From contig DATAXU010000188.1 of NCBI GenBank assembly GCA_036272955.1, positions 7,995 through 71,994 on the forward strand: a stretch of 64,000 nt of DNA. Reading direction: 5' to 3'. This stretch comes from Verrucomicrobiia bacterium. Its GTDB lineage: Bacteria > Verrucomicrobiota > Verrucomicrobiia > Limisphaerales > Palsa-1400. Below are positions 17,524 to 26,764 of the stretch, one piece after another (position 1 is the first letter of the stretch; each line of letters begins with the position of its first letter). The notes under the pieces were generated by a model. The model was not told the origin of the DNA. It ran no database searches and saw only the letters and a program-made list of their open reading frames with translations. Position numbers and translations under genes: made by a program.

Positions 17524-19521
17524 ATGTCCGGCGCGAGATTGAGGGAAATGAACTTGTCGCGCGCCGTCAAAATCGTTGTGTCCGCGATCCTGGTTGTCCA
17601 GCCGGGCAGGGGATTGGATGGCCAAACCGTTTCAATTGATACCTCACAAACGGGTCGCGCTCAGGTGATCGACGGATTCGGGACTTGCCTCTCCGGGACG
17701 GAGGCGAGTCAAACAACGTGGTGGACCAACTTATATTTCGGCGATTTGCAGGCCTCGATGCTGCGGATGGATCTGACGCCCAATTTCAAGTCTCCCTATT
17801 CGGCCAATAGCTACAACTCACCCGGTTACGGCAATCCTGGCCCGGGCGGCAACTACGTTCGCACCTACACCAACGCGACCACCTACACCAACCTGTTTAA
17901 CGGAAGCCAGGCGCCAATCGCCGTCATGGGGCCGAACATCGATTCCAACATCGCTTACTTCAATTTCACCGGATCGGGGACTGGCCAGCAGGTGGCGGGG
18001 CTGACTGCCCAAACCGGCAAGGCGCTGATTACCAATCTGGGCGATTTCAAACTGTTCGCTTCGCTATGGTCCCCAATGCCGTGGGTGAAACTGGTTGATG
18101 GCAATACCTACAATAGCGGCGGCAGTAATCTTCCGACGAACGGAACTCCCTATCCGTTCATCTGGCTTGGCAATTTCGCCGGCGGCTCGCTCGATGTTTC
18201 CGGCGTGCCACGATCCGAGTTTGATGACTCCGCGCTGGGCGGAAATGGGCCGACCAGCGCTCTGACACAGTTTGCCCGTTGCATGGCTGCCTACCTGCGC
18301 GGTTTTCAAAATACGTACGGAGTTTCGTTTTACGCGATTAGCATTCAAAACGAGTTGGACTTTGATGAGTATTATAACAGCTGCTATTATCCTCTGACCA
18401 ACGGCTATATCGCCGCGCTCACCGCAGTCAGGTCCGAGCTAAACCAATACCCGGACCTCGCGGGCATCAAAATCATGGGGCCTGAAGATGTCTTGGGCGG
18501 TGATGCCTACGGGATGTGGCAGTACGGCGGCGGCAGCACCGCCTCCGCCAAGAACCTCCAATTTCTGCAAGGCGTGGGCGCCAATCCGACCGCCTCCGCC
18601 GCCGAGGCCTATTTCTGCGTTCATGGCTATGACAGCGACGGCGTTTCGGCGGCCGCCGCCACTCCGACTCAATGGCTCTGGTGGGTCAACGGCTGGACTG
18701 CAAGCCCCGCGGCGGGAATTCCGGCCAAGGTCGCCGGCTTCGGCTCTTTCGGAAAAAAATCCTGGATGACCGAAACTTCGGGTGAGAATCCAGCGTGGCT
18801 GTATCCGACCAGCGGATTTCCGGGCGGAGGCGCGTGGAGCATCGCGCTGAGGATCCAACAAGCGCTCACCGCCGGACGGGAGAGCGGTTGGGCTTACTGG
18901 CAAATGACAGACGGCAGCCCCATCGGCGCTGAGACTCTTACGGATTCATCCACGCTACAGAACTCGCCCAAATACGTCGCCGCAAAACATTTCCTTCGTT
19001 ACATCCGGCCCAATTCGATTTGCGTGAACGCCACGGTCAGCGGTGATCCCGCGCTCACAGCTTCCGCCTTTTTGCATACGACCAACGGCACGATGACCAT
19101 CGTGCTCATCAATGCGACCAACACGCCGGTTCAAGCGGTTGTCAATTCACCCGCGCAGCCCGCCGGGATAACTTCGTGGCAGACCTTCACTTCGAGCGCC
19201 GGAAGCTATTGGCAAATCTCGAGCAACACGATCACCAACGGCCACGCGAACGTGAATGTCCCGGGTTACGGTGTGGTGACCCTTTACGGAATGGCGCCGC
19301 CTCAACTGAGCGCCTCCCTCCTCGCAAGCGGGCAAATAAACCTGGCATGGCCTCCCAGCGCCAACGGCTTCCAACTTCAGACGTCAACCAACCTGAACTC
19401 CCCATGGATCAATGTCGCGAGTGGAGCGGTGACAATTACTGGGCTATCCAACGGCTTGGTAAGCGCGACATTTCTTCCGACGAACAGTGCGATGTTCTTA
19501 CGCCTGATGCAGCCGTTTTAG
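17524..19521 (+). CDS. Secreted glycoside hydrolase family 30-like protein
   Basis: GFGTCLSG, SLWSPMPWVK, YAISIQNELDF (acid/base Glu context) and KKSWMTETSG (nucleophile Glu context) are GH30-like. The C-terminal module ends in FLRL. Confidence 0.65.
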   Translation: MSGARLREMNLSRAVKIVVSAILVVQPGRGLDGQTVSIDTSQTGRAQVIDGFGTCLSGTEASQTTWWTNLYFGDLQASMLRMDLTPNFKSPYSANSYNSPGYGNPGPGGNYVRTYTNATTYTNLFNGSQAPIAVMGPNIDSNIAYFNFTGSGTGQQVAGLTAQTGKALITNLGDFKLFASLWSPMPWVKLVDGNTYNSGGSNLPTNGTPYPFIWLGNFAGGSLDVSGVPRSEFDDSALGGNGPTSALTQFARCMAAYLRGFQNTYGVSFYAISIQNELDFDEYYNSCYYPLTNGYIAALTAVRSELNQYPDLAGIKIMGPEDVLGGDAYGMWQYGGGSTASAKNLQFLQGVGANPTASAAEAYFCVHGYDSDGVSAAAATPTQWLWWVNGWTASPAAGIPAKVAGFGSFGKKSWMTETSGENPAWLYPTSGFPGGGAWSIALRIQQALTAGRESGWAYWQMTDGSPIGAETLTDSSTLQNSPKYVAAKHFLRYIRPNSICVNATVSGDPALTASAFLHTTNGTMTIVLINATNTPVQAVVNSPAQPAGITSWQTFTSSAGSYWQISSNTITNGHANVNVPGYGVVTLYGMAPPQLSASLLASGQINLAWPPSANGFQLQTSTNLNSPWINVASGAVTITGLSNGLVSATFLPTNSAMFLRLMQPF

Positions 19522-19596
19522 TGTGTTCTTGATTGTCAGCCGTCGTCACTTCCTTATTCTGAAGTCCTGAGCGAATTCACACAAATTCTGGAACGG

Positions 19597-20139
19597 GTGG
19601 AGCGGGGTGATCCCAAAGCCGCCGGCGAACTGCTCCCCATCGTTTATGAGGAACTCCGCCGTGTGGCTGCGCAAAAAATGGCGCGCGAAGCGGCGGGACA
19701 TACTCTCCAGCCGACTGCGCTGGTTCACGAGGCATGGATGCGGCTGGGCGGAAGTGAGGCTCCGACTTTTCAGAATCGCGCCCATTTCTTTGGCGCGGCG
19801 GCCGAGGCGATGCGCCGCATTCTGATCGAGCACGCGCGGCGAAGATTGGCGAGAAAGCGAGGCGCGGGCGCGGAGGTGGTGGACCTGGATGGACTCGAGA
19901 TTTCCTCTCCGCTGGCCGATGACGACCAGTTGCTCGCGGTGAACGAAGCGCTGGAAAAACTTTCGGCCGTTGATCCGCGCAAGGCGGAACTGGTGAAGCT
20001 GCGTTACTTCGTCGGACTCAATTTCGAGGATACCGCCGCCGCGCTCGGGATCGCGGTGCCCACGGCTAAACAGTGGTGGGCGTACACGCGGTCGTGGCTG
20101 ACGGTTGAGATGGGCGGGGCGGCGCGGGTTTTTAAGTGA
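19597..20139 (+). CDS. ECF sigma factor (Sigma70_ECF / TIGR02999-like)
   Basis: GDPKAAGELLPIVYEELRRVAAQKMAREAAGHTLQPTALVHEAWMRL plus the C-terminal VKLRYFVGLNFEDTAAALGI HTH. The frame is open upstream to a TTG at 19534, and the conserved-looking N-terminus (SEFTQILERVERGD) suggests the true start is upstream of the GTG at 19597. Confidence 0.85.
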   Translation: MERGDPKAAGELLPIVYEELRRVAAQKMAREAAGHTLQPTALVHEAWMRLGGSEAPTFQNRAHFFGAAAEAMRRILIEHARRRLARKRGAGAEVVDLDGLEISSPLADDDQLLAVNEALEKLSAVDPRKAELVKLRYFVGLNFEDTAAALGIAVPTAKQWWAYTRSWLTVEMGGAARVFK

Positions 20140-20231
20140 GAAATGGGAATAAATTCGTCTAAAAATCCAACGGTTGGATTTTGGAAGATTTATTAATACT
20201 TTTTGTCCCTCGCTTGCGCATGTAGTCTTGA

Positions 20232-21125
20232 ATGAGCAAATCAAAGTCAGAGATGCAATCACCCCAGGAACGCGAGGAAGCGCTGTTTCAGGCCGCTGTG
20301 CAACTAAATGGCGCTGAACGGGTTGTATTCCTAAATGGCGCCTGCCTTGGCGACGATACCCTGCGGCAACGCCTGGAGGCATTGCTGGCCGCGCATGACG
20401 CGCCGGACGAAACCGCCGCCGTTGAGACGATGAAACTGGAGCCGGCCGACACGGCGGACGAAGCCGTGGGCCAAATGCTTGGGCCTTACAAGCTTTTGGA
20501 GCGCCTTGGCGAAGGCGGTTGCGGCGTGGTCTATGTCGCGGAGCAAACCCGGCCAGTGCGCCGTCGCGTGGCGCTCAAGGTCATCAAGCTGGGGATGGAT
20601 ACCAAGGCCGTTGTCGCGCGCTTCGAGGCGGAACGGCAGGCGCTGGCGATGATGGATCATCCCAATATCGCCAAGGTGCTCGATGCCGGGTCCACGGAGA
20701 CTGGCCGGCCATTCTTTGTGATGGAATTGGTGCGGGGCATCCGGATCACCGAATATTGCGACCAGAATAATCTCACCACACATGACCGGCTCGATTTGTT
20801 CATCAAGATCTGCCACGCCATTCAGCACGCACACCAGAAGGGCATCATTCACCGGGACATCAAGCCGTCCAACATTCTGGTGACGCTGCACGACGGGGTG
20901 CCGGTGCCGAAGGTGATCGACTTCGGGATCGCCAAGGCGACGGAGGGAAGACTCACTGATGCAACGGTTTACACGCAATTGCACCAGTTTATCGGCACAC
21001 CGGCTTATATGAGCCCGGAGCAGGCGGAGATGAGCGGGTTGGACATCGATACGCGGAGCGACATCTATACTGTTTCCAGGAATCATCAGCAGTCATCCCG
21101 ACCAATGTTTACTAAGGTTTCATGA
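20232..21125 (+). pseudogene. 5' fragment of a disrupted Ser/Thr protein kinase gene (N-terminal region plus kinase subdomains I-VIII)
   Basis: [45 protein letters not shown], then TRSDIY. Homology stops after nt 21068 and 18 unrelated residues run to a stop. Confidence 0.85.
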
Positions 21126-21173
21126 AAGTCGTATTGTCCTGAATCATCACGAATTTGCGTGAAAAACACCAAA

Positions 21174-21198
21174 CAGTATCAGATTGCAGTATCAGATT
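21174..21198. repeat. Tandem 12-nt direct repeat (CAGTATCAGATT x2, 13-bp period), iteron-like
   Basis: Read directly: cagtatcagatt g cagtatcagatt. It lies in the 434-bp non-coding left arm of the insertion. Confidence 0.6.
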
Positions 21199-21502
21199 TG
21201 ATGGCGGGTGACGGAAATCTCCTGCCTTGAGTGGAGTCGAAATCTTCCCCCTTCGTGTTCCCGTGTAGTGATTCGGATTGCTAAACTCATTAAGGCCAAG
21301 CCGAATGCCAACACGCGAACACTCCACCCCGACAAATGCCTGGTCGTGTCGTCATTGGCATCGGGATTGCGCCCCTTTCACCCCCGAAACACCGCTTCCA
21401 ATGCCAACACCGCCAGGAGGGGATTTTCTCACGGGCCGATATGAGTCCCGGCGACCCCCGTTGGGATGTCTTGTCCGCGCCATTTATACGTAAGACCACA
21501 AT

Positions 21503-22339
21503 TCAGGGACCGTTAACAAAAGCGGGGTTCCAATCGACATGCCAGTAATAAGTCCAAAGGTCTGGCAATTTTACCAACTCGGCGTGGCCGTCAGCGCAAC
21601 TGAGATTGATTGCGCCGGGCAGCGGTTGGCCCGAGGTGTACGGAACAGAACTGCCAGCGGTCCGCCCGCCGTGTCTCAAGATCGTAGAACAACCCATGCC
21701 TACTCGGACGTACGAATTCGGGTTTTGTTGCCCGGTATAGAGGTCGTTCGCAGCGCGATCTGTTTCTAAAGGAATCATCGTATCATAATTCTGATCGTAA
21801 ACCAATGGCGTTTGCGCAGGTTTCAGAACCGAGGAAAATTTCGGGAAAAAGTACCTAGCTAGGCTGCCTCCTCCCAAAGCTGGCGGTGCCTTCGTCATGA
21901 AATCTGTAAACCACCCGTTGAATCCATAGCTCCCAACCACAGGAAGAACGCCACCAGTGCCGCCTACCACCCATGCAAGGTCAGCAGCCCCGCCTCCTTG
22001 ATTTAGCGGTAATAAAGGCTGGCGCGTTGAGGGACAAAGTCTAACTTGGTCAAACACTCCGTAATTAGTAAACGCCTCTTCCCAGAATTCCGGAATCGTC
22101 GGATCGTAGGTTGGGAAATTTGGCACGTTATTTGGGATACCACTGGGATTATCGTTCAAATACATTAAACCCGCGACCGTGATTTGTTTAACGTTATTGA
22201 GACAATTGATCTGCCGAGCCTGCATTTTCGCTTGGGCCAAGGCAGGAAGCAATAGCGCGGCCAGAATAGCAATGATGCCAACGACCACCAGTAGTTCCAC
22301 TAATGTAAAACCACGCCATGACCTGACTTTTCCGCGCAT
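21503..22339 (-). CDS. Prepilin-type N-terminal cleavage/methylation domain protein (pseudopilin-like, H-X9-DG family)
   Basis: [26 protein letters not shown] is a class III signal. The C-terminus [18 protein letters not shown] matches the H-X9-DG-type motif common in the PVC group. The likely start is Met9 of ORF 21503..22363. Confidence 0.75.
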   Translation of the reverse strand: MRGKVRSWRGFTLVELLVVVGIIAILAALLLPALAQAKMQARQINCLNNVKQITVAGLMYLNDNPSGIPNNVPNFPTYDPTIPEFWEEAFTNYGVFDQVRLCPSTRQPLLPLNQGGGAADLAWVVGGTGGVLPVVGSYGFNGWFTDFMTKAPPALGGGSLARYFFPKFSSVLKPAQTPLVYDQNYDTMIPLETDRAANDLYTGQQNPNSYVRVGMGCSTILRHGGRTAGSSVPYTSGQPLPGAINLSCADGHAELVKLPDLWTYYWHVDWNPAFVNGP

Positions 22340-22395
22340 TGTCACTTCAATAAAATATATCACCTGATCGTCAAGACCTCAAGCGCCTCGAACCG

Positions 22396-25101
22396 CTAAT
22401 TTGAGCCATTAGTCCAAGTGTAAGTATTGGTCGTAATCAGGACAAAGCCTTGGCCCACATTAAGCATGGGGACACCACTGGACCATGTACCGGAACTATA
22501 CGTGTGCGAAATATAAGCCTGTGTGTTGGTGCTCCAAACCTGGACGATGTCACCGTTCTGCGGCAGGTACCCTGTCACGTTCGTTATCGCTCCCGCCATT
22601 GGGAACGTGGAACTCAAATAGTTTGTTTTGCTCGTAATGTGAAATACCTGCTGTTCCTGGACAAGTCCAGCAAACGAAGCCGTGAACGAATGGCCCGTAC
22701 CATTACTGACCAGCACGCTTGACCCCGGTATCAACGTCATGTCTCCACCCGAAAGCCACGTGGGAAAGTGAGCGTCGTTGTAGCTATCTGCATTGAAGCT
22801 GGTTCCGTTCCACTTAAACACTTGCGTTGGGTCCTGAGTGGTACTCCAAGGGTTCACCAGTGTGAATAGCGCACTCAATGTGTTCATAGGCCAGCATTGA
22901 AATGCCTCTGGCCCGCCTGCATAGAACTCTAAATATTCCACTTCGTCATCCACTTGATAAAGCTGATTGGCGACAAGATTCGTTCCAGGCGCAATAGTTA
23001 AATTTACAAACCCAATTATTCTTGAACAACAATTGCTATTGCACAGTTGATAAAACCGTTGCGACCCCCCGGTGACACTGGTGTCTGTAAAGGTATTGGT
23101 GCCTGACGCATTCGTGCTTCCAGCAGCATTTAACGGCAAATTTGACGCAATCTCAACCCAATTTGATAGATTTGTGGAAGAATAGACATTCCACAGGGTG
23201 TTCGCCTGTCCGACAATTCTAAACGTGAACTCACCGCTAATACTATTTGTTTCTTGCGATAAAAAGGGCGGATTGCACGTTGTCCCAACTGGGACAACAG
23301 TCCCCTGTTGACCCGTGTGGCTCGGATTCTGTTGATACATCGGCCAAGGCGCGTTTGTCTCAAGCGACCCAGACCCCCAAAGAGCGTACAAGGTGCCATT
23401 GTCGCAACCGAAAATAATCGTTCCGTCAGCAGCAATTAGCGGACTGGAGAGGATTGGAGACCCCGTATAAAATGTCCAAGCTTGAACCCCGTTCGTCAGG
23501 GCGTAAAGGCCCCCATCGTCACAGCCAAAATACTCCCAGCCGCCAGTGCCTAACGCCACGGATGTGCTCACATAGTTGTCGTCAAGCCCAAACATCCACC
23601 GTTGAGTACCGTCAGAATTGATGCAAAAAACATCTCCCGCATCTACGAAATAATCCTCAGAATAAGAGCTTCCAATTCCAAAATAAATTTCGTTGTCAGG
23701 GCCAATTGTTGGCCCGGACTGAATTACTCCAAAGCTTCCATCAGGTTGAACAACATCAAAAATCCACATCAATGAACCGTCTGGGGCCACTTTATACAAA
23801 TAATCTGAATAGGACCCTATAACAATGTTGCCATCAGAATCAATAGCGGGCGAGGAGTCCGGTTCATCGTCACCTGCCACTGGCAAGAACCATTTTAAGT
23901 TGCCACTGCTGGAAATGGCATAAAGTCTGTGACCTTCCGCCAAAAAATACACGGTTCCGTCAGCGGCTACTACGGGGTTGCAGTCGATGTCCCCCGCGTT
24001 TCCGTAAAAGAGGTCCTGTGGTTGAAACATCCAATTGGTTGCCCCGCTGATCGAGTTAAGAGAGGTAAGTCCTGTAATAGGATTGAATACCCGCCCCGCC
24101 AATGTTTCATCGGTCGTCACATATACCTCTCCATTAGTGCCCAGCGACGGCGTGGAATAAATGGCGCTGAAGTTTCCTAAATTGAACACGGCATTTGTCG
24201 TACCATCGGGATTGATTACGTATAAATGTCCATCGGTAGAACCGACAAATATCTGGCCGCTGGGACTCACGATTGGGGAACTCGTCATTTCCGCTGGTTG
24301 TGGAAACACGCCGTTACTCGCAAAGAGGCTGCCGTTAAAAATACGATCACTCCATTTCACAATCCCGGTTAGAAAGTCAACCGCATAAAGCGTGTTGCTG
24401 GCCGTTGCCATGTACACTGTTTGACCGTCAGGTGACAATGCGGGGGAAGCATCCATTCCGTAACCAAACGCATCTTGGTTTGTGGCAGTGGCCGGATTGT
24501 ACAGTTGCACAGCCCAACGCACCGTTCTCGGCACAGCCTGCAAAGCTCGAAAGAAAACGCCTTCATACGAAGTGTCAATCAGAACAGGCTGCGCGAGCGA
24601 AACCGTATTCGTTGCCAGTAACGATTGATTCGTATACCACGGCCCAAGAAGATTGGTTGCAATTTCCAGCACGTAAGGGAGTCCGGGAATTGTGTTCGAC
24701 AGCGTCACCTGCACTTCGTTTGTCGAAATTTGTGTGATGAATAGCCAAAGGTTCGTGCCCGGTTCGAGAAGGTTATACGTAACGGTGGTGCCGCCGCCAC
24801 CGCCAGTTCCGACGTACGGGGTAGGTGGGCCGCTATCATCCGGTTCCAAACCACCGCTTGTGCGGCCCATTGGCGTGATCGACCCGTCAGGGTTATCCCA
24901 TCCAAATCCGATGCGATAAGCGGAGCCATCCCATTGGATGTAATTGGCCGTTCCCGGCGGAGCAGGTGGAGGCACAATGTCCTGGGCCACTACTGAAACT
25001 CCGATGCCTAACGTAGCGAGGAGGAATAGGAATTGATCGAAGCGAAACAGTGAAGCCGGAACATTCTGGGCCAGTCTTTCGCGGATTGTCGAGTTGGTCA
25101 T
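22396..25101 (-). CDS. Secreted PQQ-like (BamB-type) beta-propeller repeat protein, about 900 aa
   Basis: The likely start is Met68 (MTNSTIRERL..FLFLLATLGIGVSVVAQD signal). At least six repeats of the G..(V/I)Y.....G.LYA(V/I/L)...G...W type. Two copies of the recurrent module (..YVLEIATNLLGPW..VFFRAL, ..YSSTNLSNW..RFYQL). Confidence 0.75.
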   Translation of the reverse strand: MTNSTIRERLAQNVPASLFRFDQFLFLLATLGIGVSVVAQDIVPPPAPPGTANYIQWDGSAYRIGFGWDNPDGSITPMGRTSGGLEPDDSGPPTPYVGTGGGGGTTVTYNLLEPGTNLWLFITQISTNEVQVTLSNTIPGLPYVLEIATNLLGPWYTNQSLLATNTVSLAQPVLIDTSYEGVFFRALQAVPRTVRWAVQLYNPATATNQDAFGYGMDASPALSPDGQTVYMATASNTLYAVDFLTGIVKWSDRIFNGSLFASNGVFPQPAEMTSSPIVSPSGQIFVGSTDGHLYVINPDGTTNAVFNLGNFSAIYSTPSLGTNGEVYVTTDETLAGRVFNPITGLTSLNSISGATNWMFQPQDLFYGNAGDIDCNPVVAADGTVYFLAEGHRLYAISSSGNLKWFLPVAGDDEPDSSPAIDSDGNIVIGSYSDYLYKVAPDGSLMWIFDVVQPDGSFGVIQSGPTIGPDNEIYFGIGSSYSEDYFVDAGDVFCINSDGTQRWMFGLDDNYVSTSVALGTGGWEYFGCDDGGLYALTNGVQAWTFYTGSPILSSPLIAADGTIIFGCDNGTLYALWGSGSLETNAPWPMYQQNPSHTGQQGTVVPVGTTCNPPFLSQETNSISGEFTFRIVGQANTLWNVYSSTNLSNWVEIASNLPLNAAGSTNASGTNTFTDTSVTGGSQRFYQLCNSNCCSRIIGFVNLTIAPGTNLVANQLYQVDDEVEYLEFYAGGPEAFQCWPMNTLSALFTLVNPWSTTQDPTQVFKWNGTSFNADSYNDAHFPTWLSGGDMTLIPGSSVLVSNGTGHSFTASFAGLVQEQQVFHITSKTNYLSSTFPMAGAITNVTGYLPQNGDIVQVWSTNTQAYISHTYSSGTWSSGVPMLNVGQGFVLITTNTYTWTNGSN

Positions 25102-25537
25102 ATGGGGAATATTTCTTGGCCGATTTTTCTCACAGACGCCTGAAAGGCGCACGCCCCGTGCTCCCCCAGGAGGCAACCCGCTAAGGCGCCTTACAGAAAA
25201 AACACAAGACGGCGCCCATTGGGGCGTCGCCTTGGCCTCGTTTCTGTATTTGCCTTTAAAAAAAATTAGCGGGTTTTTCCTGTGGCTTTGAGTAGCGGCC
25301 AACGCTACGCAAAATCTAAATTATTTAAAGAACTGCCTTTTCTTTTGACCAAATCACCTTTCAAATGCAAGGCATATCTCTCGTTTTGTCCGCAAATCCC
25401 CGGACGGCTCTTAGAATGTGATCTTTAAATGACGTTTTCACGTAGTTTCGCAAGCGAGGGATCAGACGGAGCTTCTGCCCTCCGAATCCGCGCGGCTTAA
25501 ATTTCGGGACAGTTATTAGTGTATTAAACAAGGTTAA

Positions 25538-25580
25538 GGGCGGCGAGGGGCCGGGCTAAAGCCCGGCCCGCCCGCCGCCC
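25538..25580 (-). terminator. GC-rich ~19-bp stem / 4-nt loop hairpin 13 nt downstream of the 109-aa ORF (terminator or rolling-circle origin candidate)
   Basis: gggcggcgaggggccgggc taaa gcccggcccgcccgccgccc. The arms are complementary apart from a small internal mismatch/bulge. Confidence 0.45.
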
Positions 25581-25592
25581 CTTCACTCTCCG

Positions 25593-25922
25593 TCATGCCA
25601 CCATTTCGGCCTCTTTGATGAGGAAACGCTTGTCCCGTTCTTCCCATCGCATCACTTTCAACGTGACTTGCTGGAATTCCGGCAACTTCGGAAACGCGAC
25701 GACGTTTTCGCCGTCGAGCTTAACCTGGCCGTCTTTCGGGTCGTGGAACACTTCCCACACCGCCATTCCCGGTTGCAACGCCATTTCATGCCGAACGATG
25801 ACGAATACGCCCGTTCCGTCTTTGCGCTTGTGCGCTTTGGCGGCACTCGACATGACCACGCCGCGCACGAACAAGCCGTTCAGCTTGTCGTTGTGAGCAG
25901 GTTGTTTTGCATTATCAGCCAT
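25593..25922 (-). CDS. Hypothetical 109-aa protein of the inserted element (speculatively an OB-fold/ssDNA-binding accessory protein)
   Basis: Internal ATG (MADNAKQP..) preceded by AAGGAGGG 8 nt upstream. It overlaps the 3' end of the Rep gene by 43 nt. No recognised family. Confidence 0.5.
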   Translation of the reverse strand: MADNAKQPAHNDKLNGLFVRGVVMSSAAKAHKRKDGTGVFVIVRHEMALQPGMAVWEVFHDPKDGQVKLDGENVVAFPKLPEFQQVTLKVMRWEERDKRFLIKEAEMVA

Positions 25923-26764
25923 AACGATAATCCCTCCTTTCTTGGTATGATTATTTCCCCGCTGCCTTTGTAGCGACCATCCAGCGCAGCGGACAAAACC
26001 AGATGATCGAAAATCTCCCGATACGGAATGCGAAATAGAACCGTCCGAACCGTGCCATTTAATCGAATCGCCGCCATGCGAGCCCATCGCCGGAATCGTT
26101 CACCGATTGTGTAGGAGGCCCGCGGTTCCTTTTTCTCTGTTGATTCGGCTTCCGGTTCTGGACGGTACGCAGGGCGGTTGGCTGGTTTGAGAAAACCCTT
26201 TGTGCTTTGAAATACTCGCAGTCGATTCCGTTCTTTCAGCCATTCCGGCAATTCGTCAGGCTTCGTGACGTATTTCAGCAGATAATGAAAATCCCGGTTC
26301 GTGATTCGCTGGACTTTCACCCACCCCAAACCCCACAACTCCGACAGCAGTTCCTTAGGCAGAAAACGGCGCGTCAGGAAAATGACGTGGTAATGCACCC
26401 ATCCGCTTTCGTGGAATTCAACCTTGACGCAATACGGCGCGTCTATGGTGTAAGTCTTGCCTTCGTGCTCGACACCGTGCCGGAGTTGAAAGAAAACTTT
26501 GCGCAACCAATCCCGGCTGTCGTCAAATGCGCTTTCCTCGTTGGCGTAAAGTTTCGGGTCCAGTGTGAAGGTCAGAAACAGCTTTCCGCTTACATCCGGC
26601 AGGCGATCCCAAAGTCGAGCCAGAACTTTGTAAATCCCGACCGGGTGAAACCATGAAGCGGGGACGAATTCCTTTATCGTTTGCTCACATCCTGGAGGTT
26701 TAATCAAAGTCGCGCCGCTCACAGTGGCCGCCCCGACGCACCCTGCGGCCACTATTCGCCCCAC
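25880..26764 (-). CDS. HUH-superfamily rolling-circle replication initiator (phiX174 gpA / Microviridae VP4-like, Y2 type)
   Basis: Motif I FLTFTL (aa 63-68), motif II HYHVIF (nt 26378..26395), and motif III YLLKYVTK with two Tyr spaced YxxxY (nt 26261..26284, compare phiX174 YVAKYVNK). 294 aa with a GTG start 25 nt from the right junction. Confidence 0.75.
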   Translation of the reverse strand: MGRIVAAGCVGAATVSGATLIKPPGCEQTIKEFVPASWFHPVGIYKVLARLWDRLPDVSGKLFLTFTLDPKLYANEESAFDDSRDWLRKVFFQLRHGVEHEGKTYTIDAPYCVKVEFHESGWVHYHVIFLTRRFLPKELLSELWGLGWVKVQRITNRDFHYLLKYVTKPDELPEWLKERNRLRVFQSTKGFLKPANRPAYRPEPEAESTEKKEPRASYTIGERFRRWARMAAIRLNGTVRTVLFRIPYREIFDHLVLSAALDGRYKGSGEIIIPRKEGLSLWLIMQNNLLTTTS

